Origin: a virus
Length of the DNA: 64,000 bases
Reading direction: 5' to 3' (one strand)
IMG/VR virus record: IMGVR_UViG_3300032257_000479
Coordinates: 32,001-96,000 of that record
Part shown: positions 49,314-57,637 of the stretch, one piece after another
How positions within the stretch are numbered: the first letter of the stretch is position 1
How the letters are laid out: the number at the start of each line of letters is the position of its first letter
Program-made: the position numbers and the translations under genes
Notes under the pieces: model-generated
What the model was told of the DNA's origin: nothing
Seen by the model: only the letters and a program-made list of their open reading frames with translations
The model's database searches: none

Positions 49314-50270
49314 TTATGTACAATATACTTTTCCTGTTATTGCTGAATTTGATCTAATAAACAATTGGTTTATTGTCGTATGCTCTACCTCTACCATTAT
49401 TTCTGTATCTGTTGAATCTGTTACCATGACAGAAGGGAAACGGCCCAAATTGTGATCTATCTGCCAATCTGTTGAAGCTATTCCTTGAGCATGTTCATAT
49501 CCGGAATTTAAAATTTTCCAGTTTGCTGAATCTGAAGTAAAATCAGAGGCATGAGAAGTATGGCTTGAAGTGCAAACATATATCCCGTTCATAAATGACA
49601 CATCTCCATATGACGAATCCTTATCAATAAAAACCAAATCAGAAACCGTGTAATTTGTACTTACCTGCCATTCTACTATACCTCCAACTTGTCTTGCTGT
49701 TACATTATGCGGGTTTGACTCATTCGATATGTGATCCTGAATAGTGTCGCCTATATACAAATAAACATACATAGTCCCTGTTGATCCAAGATTGAGATCA
49801 TCCTCAGATGTCACAACGGAAGCAAATGGATCGAAAAACCAGTCCGATGAATCTGTTGCAAATATTTCGCTTGAGTTATCAAATAATCTTGGGCTATATC
49901 CACCTAAATTGTTCAATAAAACCCCTGAGCTATTGAAGAAAAATGGCACAACAAAAGTTGTGTCTCCAACTGGAGTGCTCGCAACTCCGCCTCCAAAAAA
50001 ACCTGAATAACCAGCCGGAAAGTAGCCTCTATAAGATTTTCCATTAGAAGTAGCATCTAAAACAAGATCAATTTCCAATACCTCAACTATGCCATCGGAA
50101 ACAGCGGTTGCGGGAGCTGAATTTATTTCTTGTCCAATTATTTGATTCGCGGAAATAGAAATCTGAGAGGCTACGCTTTCATTTGCAGGCTGCTTTGTGT
50201 TGCCTGAATGAATTTTTCCAAACAGTTTTTTGAGGGCGATGAATCGTTCAGATTGTGATGTTAAAGCCAT
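49314..50270 (-). CDS. Virion protein with a CBM5/12-like carbohydrate-binding motif
   Basis: WQVSTNYTVSDLV...YVCTSSHTS; HISNESNPHNVT; C-terminal HNLGRFPSVMVTD. Confidence 0.6.
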   Translation of the reverse strand: MALTSQSERFIALKKLFGKIHSGNTKQPANESVASQISISANQIIGQEINSAPATAVSDGIVEVLEIDLVLDATSNGKSYRGYFPAGYSGFFGGGVASTPVGDTTFVVPFFFNSSGVLLNNLGGYSPRLFDNSSEIFATDSSDWFFDPFASVVTSEDDLNLGSTGTMYVYLYIGDTIQDHISNESNPHNVTARQVGGIVEWQVSTNYTVSDLVFIDKDSSYGDVSFMNGIYVCTSSHTSHASDFTSDSANWKILNSGYEHAQGIASTDWQIDHNLGRFPSVMVTDSTDTEIMVEVEHTTINQLFIRSNSAITGKVYCT

Positions 50271-52034
50271 TTATACAACCGCCCATTCAATACTAATTTC
50301 GGTTAACTCTCCAGTAAATGTATCAGGAGCGGTTATTCTGTAATAAACCTTATCAAATGACAATGAAGTATTTCTTGTTCCAACTGACAATCCCCAGTTT
50401 GTTGTATTTATTGTTTGATCAGACCCGAAGCTTGCTGCATAACACCCATCCCCATCGCTAAAATCTCCCTCAACAAAAGCCTGCGTTATATCAAGCCAGC
50501 CAGTTCCGCTAACATCTCCTTCTGGCAATTTTATTGATATTTTTATCTGAGCCGCTGTAGTAAAGCCTGTTGCCTCAGGTATAACTTGGACACCTGAACC
50601 TTGCAGTGTTAATCTAAAATTAGCTGAGCCTGTTCCGTCTGTAAACAGTCCGTAATAGAATCTATCTCCGCTAGCTGATGAGTAATCTGGATTACCAGCA
50701 GGAGCATCTGATATGGTAGAGAAATTCAATGAAGGATAACTAAGCCCGCCATTTATTGTTTGTAACCCATCGTCATATCCAGAAGTCGCAGATACAAGCG
50801 AAATGGTTTCGTCCCAAGTTGAGGATAGGTCTGTATCAAAATCATCATTGCTCAACAGTCTTCCTAATTCATCGTTAAAGTCGTTTGACAAATCAGTTCC
50901 GGTTGATGATTGAGAATCCACTAATAATTCAAAAGCCTCAGTATATGAACTTGTAATTGTTGCCAATAATGGTCTAGTGGCTCTCACTCTTGCCCTAAAT
51001 CCATCATATGTTGATATCCCTGCTATTATTCTGGTTGCGTTTAATAATACCGATTGAGATATAATTTCGCTATTAGTATAACCGCTAGCTCCTGGATCTG
51101 GATATGAAACAGAAGAAACCGTACATTGAGATGGATCTGGATATGAAATTGCATTTCCATCAGAATATGTTTTTCTGTATGCATTACCTATAGAGCAATT
51201 CATAGTAGCAGTAGCTCCTGTATTATACTCTATTCCTGACAAACTTTTACTTCCAGTTGTAACAAGTCCTTTCATTTGCACTGACAATATGGTTGTGGCT
51301 GTTGAGTCGTCATCTACTATGTAATAAAAAGAATTTGTAGCAACGGTCCCAGTTGTTGTGTGGGTTAGATTTATTTCATTGTATCCAAGAGCTAAATCGG
51401 ATGAATCAATATTCCAAGTTCCTGTTCGGTATTGCCTGCTCGAAAAAGGAGAGCCACTAGGAAAATCAACGGGAGTTGAAGCTGATAAATTGAATCCTGA
51501 ACCGTTTCCGTTTTGAGAAACACCGCTACCAAAAGATGAAAGATCAACAGAGTGCTTTGCTACAGAATTAACTAAAACAGTCAAAGTCCCCTCGTCTCCT
51601 GGTCCAAAAGCGTTTTCTGGATATGAATTAGAAGCATCCGCCACAACACTTTCGTTTATGGTTCCAGAAATATCTGTTGAATCATCAATAACTCCCTTAT
51701 TAGGAGACGATGTGTTAAAAAGGTCTCCAACATCCAATGTTGGGTGTTCTATGTATCCTGCAGGATTAGATGAAGCTGTTGGACCAAATGAAAGTCTGGC
51801 CGATACGCCTGTAATCGCTGTTGTTATGTCGCCAAGATCAGGAGCGGCTGCTGGAAGCAATTCATTTAATATGCCTTCCGTTGTATCTGTTCTTTCAGCA
51901 AGCTCGTCTAAGGCATCATCAACGTTGCCTGGATCAACATCTCCATCCCAATCTGTATTGTCAATAGGGGTATATGTGACATCAGCCGCATCGCCTGTTC
52001 CTGTATTAGATATTCTTTTTGGTACATTTGGCAT
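50271..52034 (-). CDS. Ser/Thr/Gly-rich virion (fibre/decoration) protein
   Basis: 587 aa; AADVTY...NVDDALDELA fibre-type N-terminal motif. Confidence 0.6.
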   Translation of the reverse strand: MPNVPKRISNTGTGDAADVTYTPIDNTDWDGDVDPGNVDDALDELAERTDTTEGILNELLPAAAPDLGDITTAITGVSARLSFGPTASSNPAGYIEHPTLDVGDLFNTSSPNKGVIDDSTDISGTINESVVADASNSYPENAFGPGDEGTLTVLVNSVAKHSVDLSSFGSGVSQNGNGSGFNLSASTPVDFPSGSPFSSRQYRTGTWNIDSSDLALGYNEINLTHTTTGTVATNSFYYIVDDDSTATTILSVQMKGLVTTGSKSLSGIEYNTGATATMNCSIGNAYRKTYSDGNAISYPDPSQCTVSSVSYPDPGASGYTNSEIISQSVLLNATRIIAGISTYDGFRARVRATRPLLATITSSYTEAFELLVDSQSSTGTDLSNDFNDELGRLLSNDDFDTDLSSTWDETISLVSATSGYDDGLQTINGGLSYPSLNFSTISDAPAGNPDYSSASGDRFYYGLFTDGTGSANFRLTLQGSGVQVIPEATGFTTAAQIKISIKLPEGDVSGTGWLDITQAFVEGDFSDGDGCYAASFGSDQTINTTNWGLSVGTRNTSLSFDKVYYRITAPDTFTGELTEISIEWAVV

Positions 52035-52086
52035 ATAACTAGATTCCTTACTTCTATTTTCAACAAAAAATAAGATTATACCTCGT

Positions 52087-52902
52087 TTAGTTTTTGGTAG
52101 ATTCCATTAGTTTTTTGTATACATCAACTGGTTTAATGGTATTCCCTGCAATCCTTTCTTGTTGAATAATGCAAGCCGCGGCTCCTGCTACAACTGGGGC
52201 AGCAACGCTTGATCCGCCCATTTTTATGAATTTATCATTTAAATATGTTGTATATATGCTATCTAGTGGCATATCAATACTTGGTGCCTCTATTTTTCCT
52301 GTTTGTATTTTTTTGTTATCGCACAACCCAACAGACATAACTTCTTTTAATCTAGCGGGGAAATTTGCGTCTCTAGTATGGCTCTTATTGTTTCCAGCGG
52401 CAGCAAACATGCAAATCCCATTATTATAAGCCTTTTTTATTGCATCATGCAAAAACGGATGCATCGAATCACACCCAAATGACATTACAATAATATCTAC
52501 GTTTTGAACAATAGCATAAAGAATGGATGCTTGAACAGCTCCGTGTTCTCCTGATCCATTATCTCCTATAGCCTTAGCGTGCCATAAGGAAGATTTTGGG
52601 GCTATTCCAATAACATTTCCTTTTGCCTGAGAGTTTATTATCCCTGAAACACCAGTTGAATGACCATGCTTGTCAAGAACTGATGAATTGGTAAAATCAA
52701 TTGACCTTTTAGTTATTGATGGCAAATACTTATTGCTGGGCAAACCTGTATCTATGATACAAACATTGACCCCAAAGCCATTACCTTTTATTTTTTTGAA
52801 ACCAAAATATTCAGGAGAATATATTATTGAATTCTTAACAGAATCAATAGCATGTCTTGAGTTTGGTTTTTTACATTTATAATTTTTCTTGTTCATACTC
52901 AA
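52087..52902 (-). CDS. Subtilisin-like (S8) serine peptidase
   Basis: Catalytic Asp IIDTG, His HGHSTGVSGII, oxyanion AAAGN, Ser GGSSVAAP. No signal peptide. Confidence 0.9.
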   Translation of the reverse strand: MSMNKKNYKCKKPNSRHAIDSVKNSIIYSPEYFGFKKIKGNGFGVNVCIIDTGLPSNKYLPSITKRSIDFTNSSVLDKHGHSTGVSGIINSQAKGNVIGIAPKSSLWHAKAIGDNGSGEHGAVQASILYAIVQNVDIIVMSFGCDSMHPFLHDAIKKAYNNGICMFAAAGNNKSHTRDANFPARLKEVMSVGLCDNKKIQTGKIEAPSIDMPLDSIYTTYLNDKFIKMGGSSVAAPVVAGAAACIIQQERIAGNTIKPVDVYKKLMESTKN

Positions 52903-53629
52903 ACTTTATATGGTTCCCATTTCCAAAAAATTCTATCCCCATATTAAGTCTTTTGTCATCAAGAAATTCCACATGCTTCCTCATAGCTATTGCAGCATGA
53001 GCGGAAAACAAATCATTGGTAACAATTCTTTTGCATCTATTTATTTCATCTATACGTTTTAGTAAATCTTGCTTCATGGGAACATGCCACAATTCAGATT
53101 GATTAAGTTGTAAATTGCTTTTTACATATTTCCTTAACTTACTGTCGCTGATAGCAATGCCTGTTTTACCTTTTTTCATTTTATTTTTGGGGTAATAGGC
53201 CAGATCGTACCCCTCTCCCCTCCACTTAAGTCCAGCGATGCGAAAAATTATCTGTAAAATATGACGATCAGATGGCAGACCTTTATATAATACATCAAAG
53301 CCTTCTTTGGCATCATTATTTAGGTAACTAACATTACCTTCCACTTCGCCGAATCCAAGCTTAATTTTAGATTCAATATTATTCATTGTTAAACAAGCTT
53401 CTCTTGTTGGACTTAAATTTATAGCTATATCGTATTGATTATAAAACTGACCATATCCAACTAACACATCTCTTATCCTTGAATTATATTGAAGTAAAGG
53501 GTAACTACTTGATGTTGTTGCCCAATCTATAGAAGCTTTATCATATTTTTTATTGATAGCCTTTATCATACTTGTTGATACTAAAGTGGTCCAAGGCTCA
53601 CCATATTGCAATATAACTATTTTTGTCAT
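52877..53629 (-). CDS. GT9 (heptosyltransferase-like) GT-B protein, shortened and divergent
   Basis: TSMIKAINKKYDKASIDW, YDIAINL and IVTNDLFSAHAAIAMRK. The canonical N-terminal GD motif is absent. Confidence 0.7.
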   Translation of the reverse strand: MTKIVILQYGEPWTTLVSTSMIKAINKKYDKASIDWATTSSSYPLLQYNSRIRDVLVGYGQFYNQYDIAINLSPTREACLTMNNIESKIKLGFGEVEGNVSYLNNDAKEGFDVLYKGLPSDRHILQIIFRIAGLKWRGEGYDLAYYPKNKMKKGKTGIAISDSKLRKYVKSNLQLNQSELWHVPMKQDLLKRIDEINRCKRIVTNDLFSAHAAIAMRKHVEFLDDKRLNMGIEFFGNGNHIKFEYEQEKL

Positions 53630-54330
53630 TATTCTTCCATATCCGATATATCTATTCCTGCATCTCTTGCGGTCTGAAAGAACTCTTCGTCTTGCGGAGA
53701 TGTTCTTCCTCTCATAACTTCATCCGTTATATCAAGAGGTTCATAATCGCCATCTTCGGTATCGTATCCTTCTGATTCAATTCTTTCTGATAACTTATTT
53801 GCTGATTCAGAAACTAAAATTGAATTCAAGTTCTTGTCTTCTAATGATTGTTTTTTCTTATTTCTAATATTAGAAACTTTCCTATACTCTTTCTTTATTC
53901 TATCGATATCTCCTTCGTCAACTATTTCTAGTTTTCCTATTTCTATGTATCGATCCAGATCCGGATAAGTGATTGCAAGGTTATCGCTATACAATTTGAA
54001 ATCTATTGGACTATCAAATATAAGAGCTTTCTCTTCTTCATTTTGATGTTTAACGATTATTCTGCCAGCCTTAATTTCTCTTATAAACTTTCTACCAGTT
54101 TTAATAACTTTTTTGTACTTTTTGCCTGTGTTTTTTGAAATCAAATCAATAATATCAGAACCATTTTTAATATCAAGGGATGTTATATATAAGACCTCTC
54201 TGGATGATATCTCATTTGCAATATCATCTATGCTATCCCATTCATATTCTCTAACTTCATTTTTGTCAATTATTCGCACAACCCTATTTGCCGCATCAAT
54301 AAAGACAATTTTCATTACAGCGTTTTCCAT
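53629..54330 (-). CDS. Hypothetical protein in the GT operon
   Basis: 233 aa. Internal YPDLDRYIEIGKLEIV resembles the end of the shared small domain. Confidence 0.6.
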   Translation of the reverse strand: MENAVMKIVFIDAANRVVRIIDKNEVREYEWDSIDDIANEISSREVLYITSLDIKNGSDIIDLISKNTGKKYKKVIKTGRKFIREIKAGRIIVKHQNEEEKALIFDSPIDFKLYSDNLAITYPDLDRYIEIGKLEIVDEGDIDRIKKEYRKVSNIRNKKKQSLEDKNLNSILVSESANKLSERIESEGYDTEDGDYEPLDITDEVMRGRTSPQDEEFFQTARDAGIDISDMEE

Positions 54331-55715
54331 ATTTCTTTTATCCTTTCTGATGCTCTATCTGACACTGAGCTAAATGAGTAATTATCCAAAATATGTTTTT
54401 GAAGAATCTTATTGCTTAATTTAGCATCGTCATGATTGTTATAAACATTTCTCATTGATGATCCAAACCTATCTATAAAATCTTTGCTCTTTAATATTGG
54501 CATGATCTGATTGTCCCAATAATGAACCTGAGAACTCCCTGGAGAAACCTTTGCAAGTTTATCAATGTCAACAAGATTGCTGTTTTCTTTTGTTAAAAAC
54601 ATTGTATGGCCGCTATGATTTGTTGCTATAACAGGAAGACCTACTAGCGATGCTTCACAATAAGGTAATCCAAAACCCTCGCCTCTTGAAGGAAGAACAA
54701 ATGCGTCTGCTGCTTTATAGATTCTTGGCAATTCATGTTCTGGTATCACTCGACTGCATCTAGCAATATGGGCAGGATTTTCTCCGCCGTATTTTTTTAT
54801 AAACTTCTCTATTTCTGATCGAATTATATCGGACCTTCGAGAAGATTGTTGATACCTGCTAACTATCAACAATGAAACATTATCATCTCCTGAAAACTCA
54901 GTTAAGTATGATTTTAATAATGCATCATATCCTTTCCTATATCCCCATCCAAATACGCTTATAAATACAAAATCTTTTAATTTAGGTCTAAACTCATGCG
55001 GTTCATGGTTTTCATGATATATGTTCGTTTGTATGCTTGCTGGCATGATAAATATTGGTCTTGTTACACCAAATTGTTCCAAAACGTCTCTACAGTAGTC
55101 TGAAGTAACCCAAAGCTCATCATATGAATTGCAAATATCAACTGTTTGTTGAGGAACTGATGAGGCCTCAACTGTTGTGTAAAGTATTCGATAAGGCATA
55201 CGAGGGCTCATTTGCCCAAAACTGGGTATAATGCTATCTATTCGTATTGCTTTTCTTCCAACTCTCTTTTTTAAAGAATTCAACATACTAGCTTCTATTT
55301 CATTTAAATCGCTGCGCATATTATTCGTTGGAGAAACTTCTACTTTTATTCCCTTCTTTGTTAGACCAAACGCTAAATTTCTATTAACTTTTGCATATCC
55401 TCCAGCTTCGTAAAAATGTCCTTTTACGACAACTTCCGGTTCCTGTCCGCTAGGCATTCGTGGCACCTCTTCCTCTTTTTTATCATTTAAGCCTTTTGAA
55501 TCTCTTTCGCTTCTCATTTTGACTAAATTGTTTTCTATTCTACTTGATCCTATTTCAACAATATCAAATGCTCCAAAAACTAAAAACTTTTGAAAGCTTT
55601 TACTTTTTAATATATCATCCACGCAAATATCTTCAACAAGACCCTCTTCATGAGAAATGTTGCGATCAATATCTTCTAGGTAAACTGAATTTTGAGTCAT
55701 ATTTTTGAATTTCAT
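54315..55715 (-). CDS. Glycosyltransferase (GT4-like) with an extra N-terminal domain
   Basis: GGYAKVN, YRKGYDALL, SRGEGFGLPYCEA. Paralog of 11583..12680. Confidence 0.92.
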   Translation of the reverse strand: MKFKNMTQNSVYLEDIDRNISHEEGLVEDICVDDILKSKSFQKFLVFGAFDIVEIGSSRIENNLVKMRSERDSKGLNDKKEEEVPRMPSGQEPEVVVKGHFYEAGGYAKVNRNLAFGLTKKGIKVEVSPTNNMRSDLNEIEASMLNSLKKRVGRKAIRIDSIIPSFGQMSPRMPYRILYTTVEASSVPQQTVDICNSYDELWVTSDYCRDVLEQFGVTRPIFIMPASIQTNIYHENHEPHEFRPKLKDFVFISVFGWGYRKGYDALLKSYLTEFSGDDNVSLLIVSRYQQSSRRSDIIRSEIEKFIKKYGGENPAHIARCSRVIPEHELPRIYKAADAFVLPSRGEGFGLPYCEASLVGLPVIATNHSGHTMFLTKENSNLVDIDKLAKVSPGSSQVHYWDNQIMPILKSKDFIDRFGSSMRNVYNNHDDAKLSNKILQKHILDNYSFSSVSDRASERIKEIWKTL

Positions 55716-55725
55716 ATTAACTTAT

Positions 55726-55733
55726 ATATCGAC
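55726..55733 (-). promoter_or_regulatory. Late-promoter-like motif GTCGATAT
   Basis: Its C lies 16 nt before the GT start; no SD. Confidence 0.5.
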
Positions 55734-55763
55734 AAAAAAACAACCGCACTAAAATGCGATTGC
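55734..55763 (-). terminator. Rho-independent terminator after the tRNA-like element
   Basis: - strand GCAATCGCA-TTTTAG-TGCGGTTGT followed by T6. Confidence 0.75.
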
Positions 55764-55783
55764 TTCTTGTTTTATTATTTAAA

Positions 55784-55854
55784 TTACGGACCCAGGAATT
55801 GAACCTGGCTTATTCTTTAAAAGATTCTCTGCACACCATGCCGAGTCGTCCGCA
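55784..55854 (-). tRNA. Degenerate tRNA-like element (71 nt, no encoded CCA, anticodon ambiguous: UUU or UUA)
   Basis: Acceptor stem TGCGGAC/GTCCGTA and a perfect T-arm CCAGG-TTCAATT-CCTGG. The D arm is atypical and the anticodon stem is poorly paired around CTTTTAAA. Confidence 0.55.
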
Positions 55855-55920
55855 TGCTCTACCCCAACAAGTTAGGGTGTCAGTTCCCTGACGCGAGTTC
55901 CTTAACCAAGTCTAAGACTT
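55855..55920 (-). ncRNA. Structured RNA segment (three hairpins) 5' of the tRNA-like element
   Basis: AAGTC-TTA-GACTT; GTCAG-GGAA-CTGAC (GNRA loop); ACCCTAAC-TT-GTTGGGGT. GC-rich relative to its surroundings. Confidence 0.45.
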
Positions 55921-56017
55921 AATTGATTAAATAGTGTTCTCCTGTTTTAATGGAATCTGTAATTGATTTTTGGGGGTCAAGTCCTCTTGTGTTAAATGAT
56001 TTCTGACGATTTTTCAT
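55919..56017 (-). CDS. Unannotated 32-aa small ORF
   Basis: AAAGGGGT RBS-like sequence. Reads MKNRQKSFNTRGLDPQKSITDSIKTGEHYLIN*. Preceded by a GTCGAAAT motif at 56042-56049. Confidence 0.4.
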   Translation of the reverse strand: MKNRQKSFNTRGLDPQKSITDSIKTGEHYLIN

Positions 56018-56091
56018 AATATACCCCTTTGTTAAACAAGTATTTCGACCGTACTTTTTACGGTGAATATACATATATTAATTCATTATTC

Positions 56092-56541
56092 TTAAACTTT
56101 TACCTTCTTTTTTCCGGCAACCTTTTTGACTTCTTTGACCTCTTTTACTTCATCATCAAAAAAGAAAACATCAAGATTAACCATGTCTGCAATAGTCATA
56201 TTTGAGTCCTCAATTAAAGATATGGGAATTGGATCAAACTCTATTTCAATGGTTTCTTGCAATAAATCGTTTAACTCTTTCGTAAAAACATCCATGTGTT
56301 CCGCTTTTATTTTAAACTGAACTCCCTGCATTTTTTTCTCTTCGGATTCGGATTCCACCTCTTCTCCGTATTTTTCAAAAAGTTTAGATCTTTGATCCGT
56401 AAACGATTCAACTTCAACTTGAAGTTTTTTCATAACCCTACCCAATCTCCACGAATATTTTGCAGGAATAGGGACTTGAACAAAACTATTCAAGCTTGAA
56501 ATAATTGCAGACAACTCTTTGAGAGTGATATCTAGATTCAT
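56092..56541 (-). CDS. DUF1617-like phage protein
   Basis: IPAKYSWRLGRVMKKL...RSKLFEKYGE...FTKELNDLL; AAGGAG RBS. Confidence 0.6.
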   Translation of the reverse strand: MNLDITLKELSAIISSLNSFVQVPIPAKYSWRLGRVMKKLQVEVESFTDQRSKLFEKYGEEVESESEEKKMQGVQFKIKAEHMDVFTKELNDLLQETIEIEFDPIPISLIEDSNMTIADMVNLDVFFFDDEVKEVKEVKKVAGKKKVKV

Positions 56542-56582
56542 CTAAATTCTCCTTAACAAACACAATAATGATACTATTATAT

Positions 56583-56590
56583 ATATCGTT
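56583..56590 (-). promoter_or_regulatory. Promoter-like motif AACGATAT
   Basis: Just downstream of the capsid terminator and upstream of 56092..56541. Confidence 0.45.
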
Positions 56591-56620
56591 CGTATTTTCA
56601 CATAAGATTCAACAATACAC

Positions 56621-56650
56621 AAAAAAGGGCAGCAAGTTTTCTTGCTGCCC
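56621..56650 (-). terminator. Strong Rho-independent terminator after the major capsid gene
   Basis: GGGCAGCAAG-AAAA-CTTGCTGCCC followed by T6. Confidence 0.9.
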
Positions 56651-56680
56651 CTCTGGTTTTGTATTAAAGATTAAACTTTA

Positions 56681-57559
56681 TTATGATGCGTCAGTTACTT
56701 CGATTTTAGCGATTGCGTAATCATTGATGATTGCAATACCAACTTCCTCGTAGATAACCCATCCGAGACGTAGTTTCTTCGGATCGTCTGCAGGAAGAAC
56801 TGTAATATCCTGACGGATAGGGAAAGCTCCAACTGTGTCTGGGGAAGCTACAACAAGAACTGTTGATGCATCCATTCTAGACGAAACGTGGATGTCCGCT
56901 GTCCAAAGGTGACCGTAAAGTCCGGTTGTTAAGATCTCTCTTTGAGTTGCCTCGTCGTAGAAGTCTTTGCCGAAAGTACGAATATCTGCATAACGGTTAG
57001 CATGAGCTACAATTTTAGTTGCAACAAGGTCGTGCTGCTCAATGTAACGGAAAGCGCTGTTCAAAGAAGTTGTGCTCAATGAGCCCATGTCAGTAACGAT
57101 CTGAGGATCGCCTGCTGCTTCTCTGTTGTCTGCTGCTGCAATAAGAGCGTTGAAGATCTGAGTGTCTTCTTCTTTCTGGATTGCTTCCTTAGCCTTGATC
57201 TGCGCTCTGTCTACAATGTAGAATCTACGAGCCTTGATTTCTGACAAACGAATTGTTGGGTTAGCAGCAATTTCCCAGGTAGGAACGAGAATTTCTTCTC
57301 CTTCTTGGATCTGGTCAGGAACTGCGCCTCTGCGAGCAACAACATGAGCTGTTGCAGCAAGGTCTCTCTCGTAACGAGCAAGAGCGCCCTGAGGAAGTTC
57401 GTCAACCATAAGCAATTTACGGCCTACGGCTTGGTATTCCAAAGAACGACGAATTGGCTCAACCATTGCTTGAGCGAGTGCTACGCGACCCTCATCAGTC
57501 TCAAGTGCTTGAGCGATGATTTCTTCTTTCTGACTATCTGTAATTTTTGTAAGTGCCAT
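56681..57559 (-). CDS. Major capsid protein (HK97 fold)
   Basis: ALAQAMVEPIRRSLEYQAVGRKLLMVDELPQG..., IVDRAQ...IQKEED, GWVIYEEVG. TAAGGAG RBS; followed by a terminator; downstream of the protease and decoration genes. Confidence 0.9.
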   Translation of the reverse strand: MALTKITDSQKEEIIAQALETDEGRVALAQAMVEPIRRSLEYQAVGRKLLMVDELPQGALARYERDLAATAHVVARRGAVPDQIQEGEEILVPTWEIAANPTIRLSEIKARRFYIVDRAQIKAKEAIQKEEDTQIFNALIAAADNREAAGDPQIVTDMGSLSTTSLNSAFRYIEQHDLVATKIVAHANRYADIRTFGKDFYDEATQREILTTGLYGHLWTADIHVSSRMDASTVLVVASPDTVGAFPIRQDITVLPADDPKKLRLGWVIYEEVGIAIINDYAIAKIEVTDAS

Positions 57560-57637
57560 TTATTTTCTCCTTAGCGTTTTGCTATGTTTTGTTTTACAGG
57601 TTAATATAATCAACCTCTACTGGTCTTTAATTACTTA

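Noticed and set aside
42916-52034. Diversity-generating retroelement targeting the fibre genes
   Set aside because: No reverse transcriptase in the window and no adenine-specific near-identical repeat pair noticed by eye. The internal duplications are diverged at the protein level.
55784-56017. tmRNA, or a functional ochre suppressor tRNA
   Set aside because: No alanine-type acceptor (no G3-U70) and too short for tmRNA. The anticodon stem is poorly paired, and most genes here end in TAA, so efficient suppression is implausible.
56681-57559. Encapsulin shell or gene-transfer-agent/tailocin locus
   Set aside because: The context of protease, decoration, neck, tube and tape measure genes over more than 60 kb with no host genes indicates a true phage.
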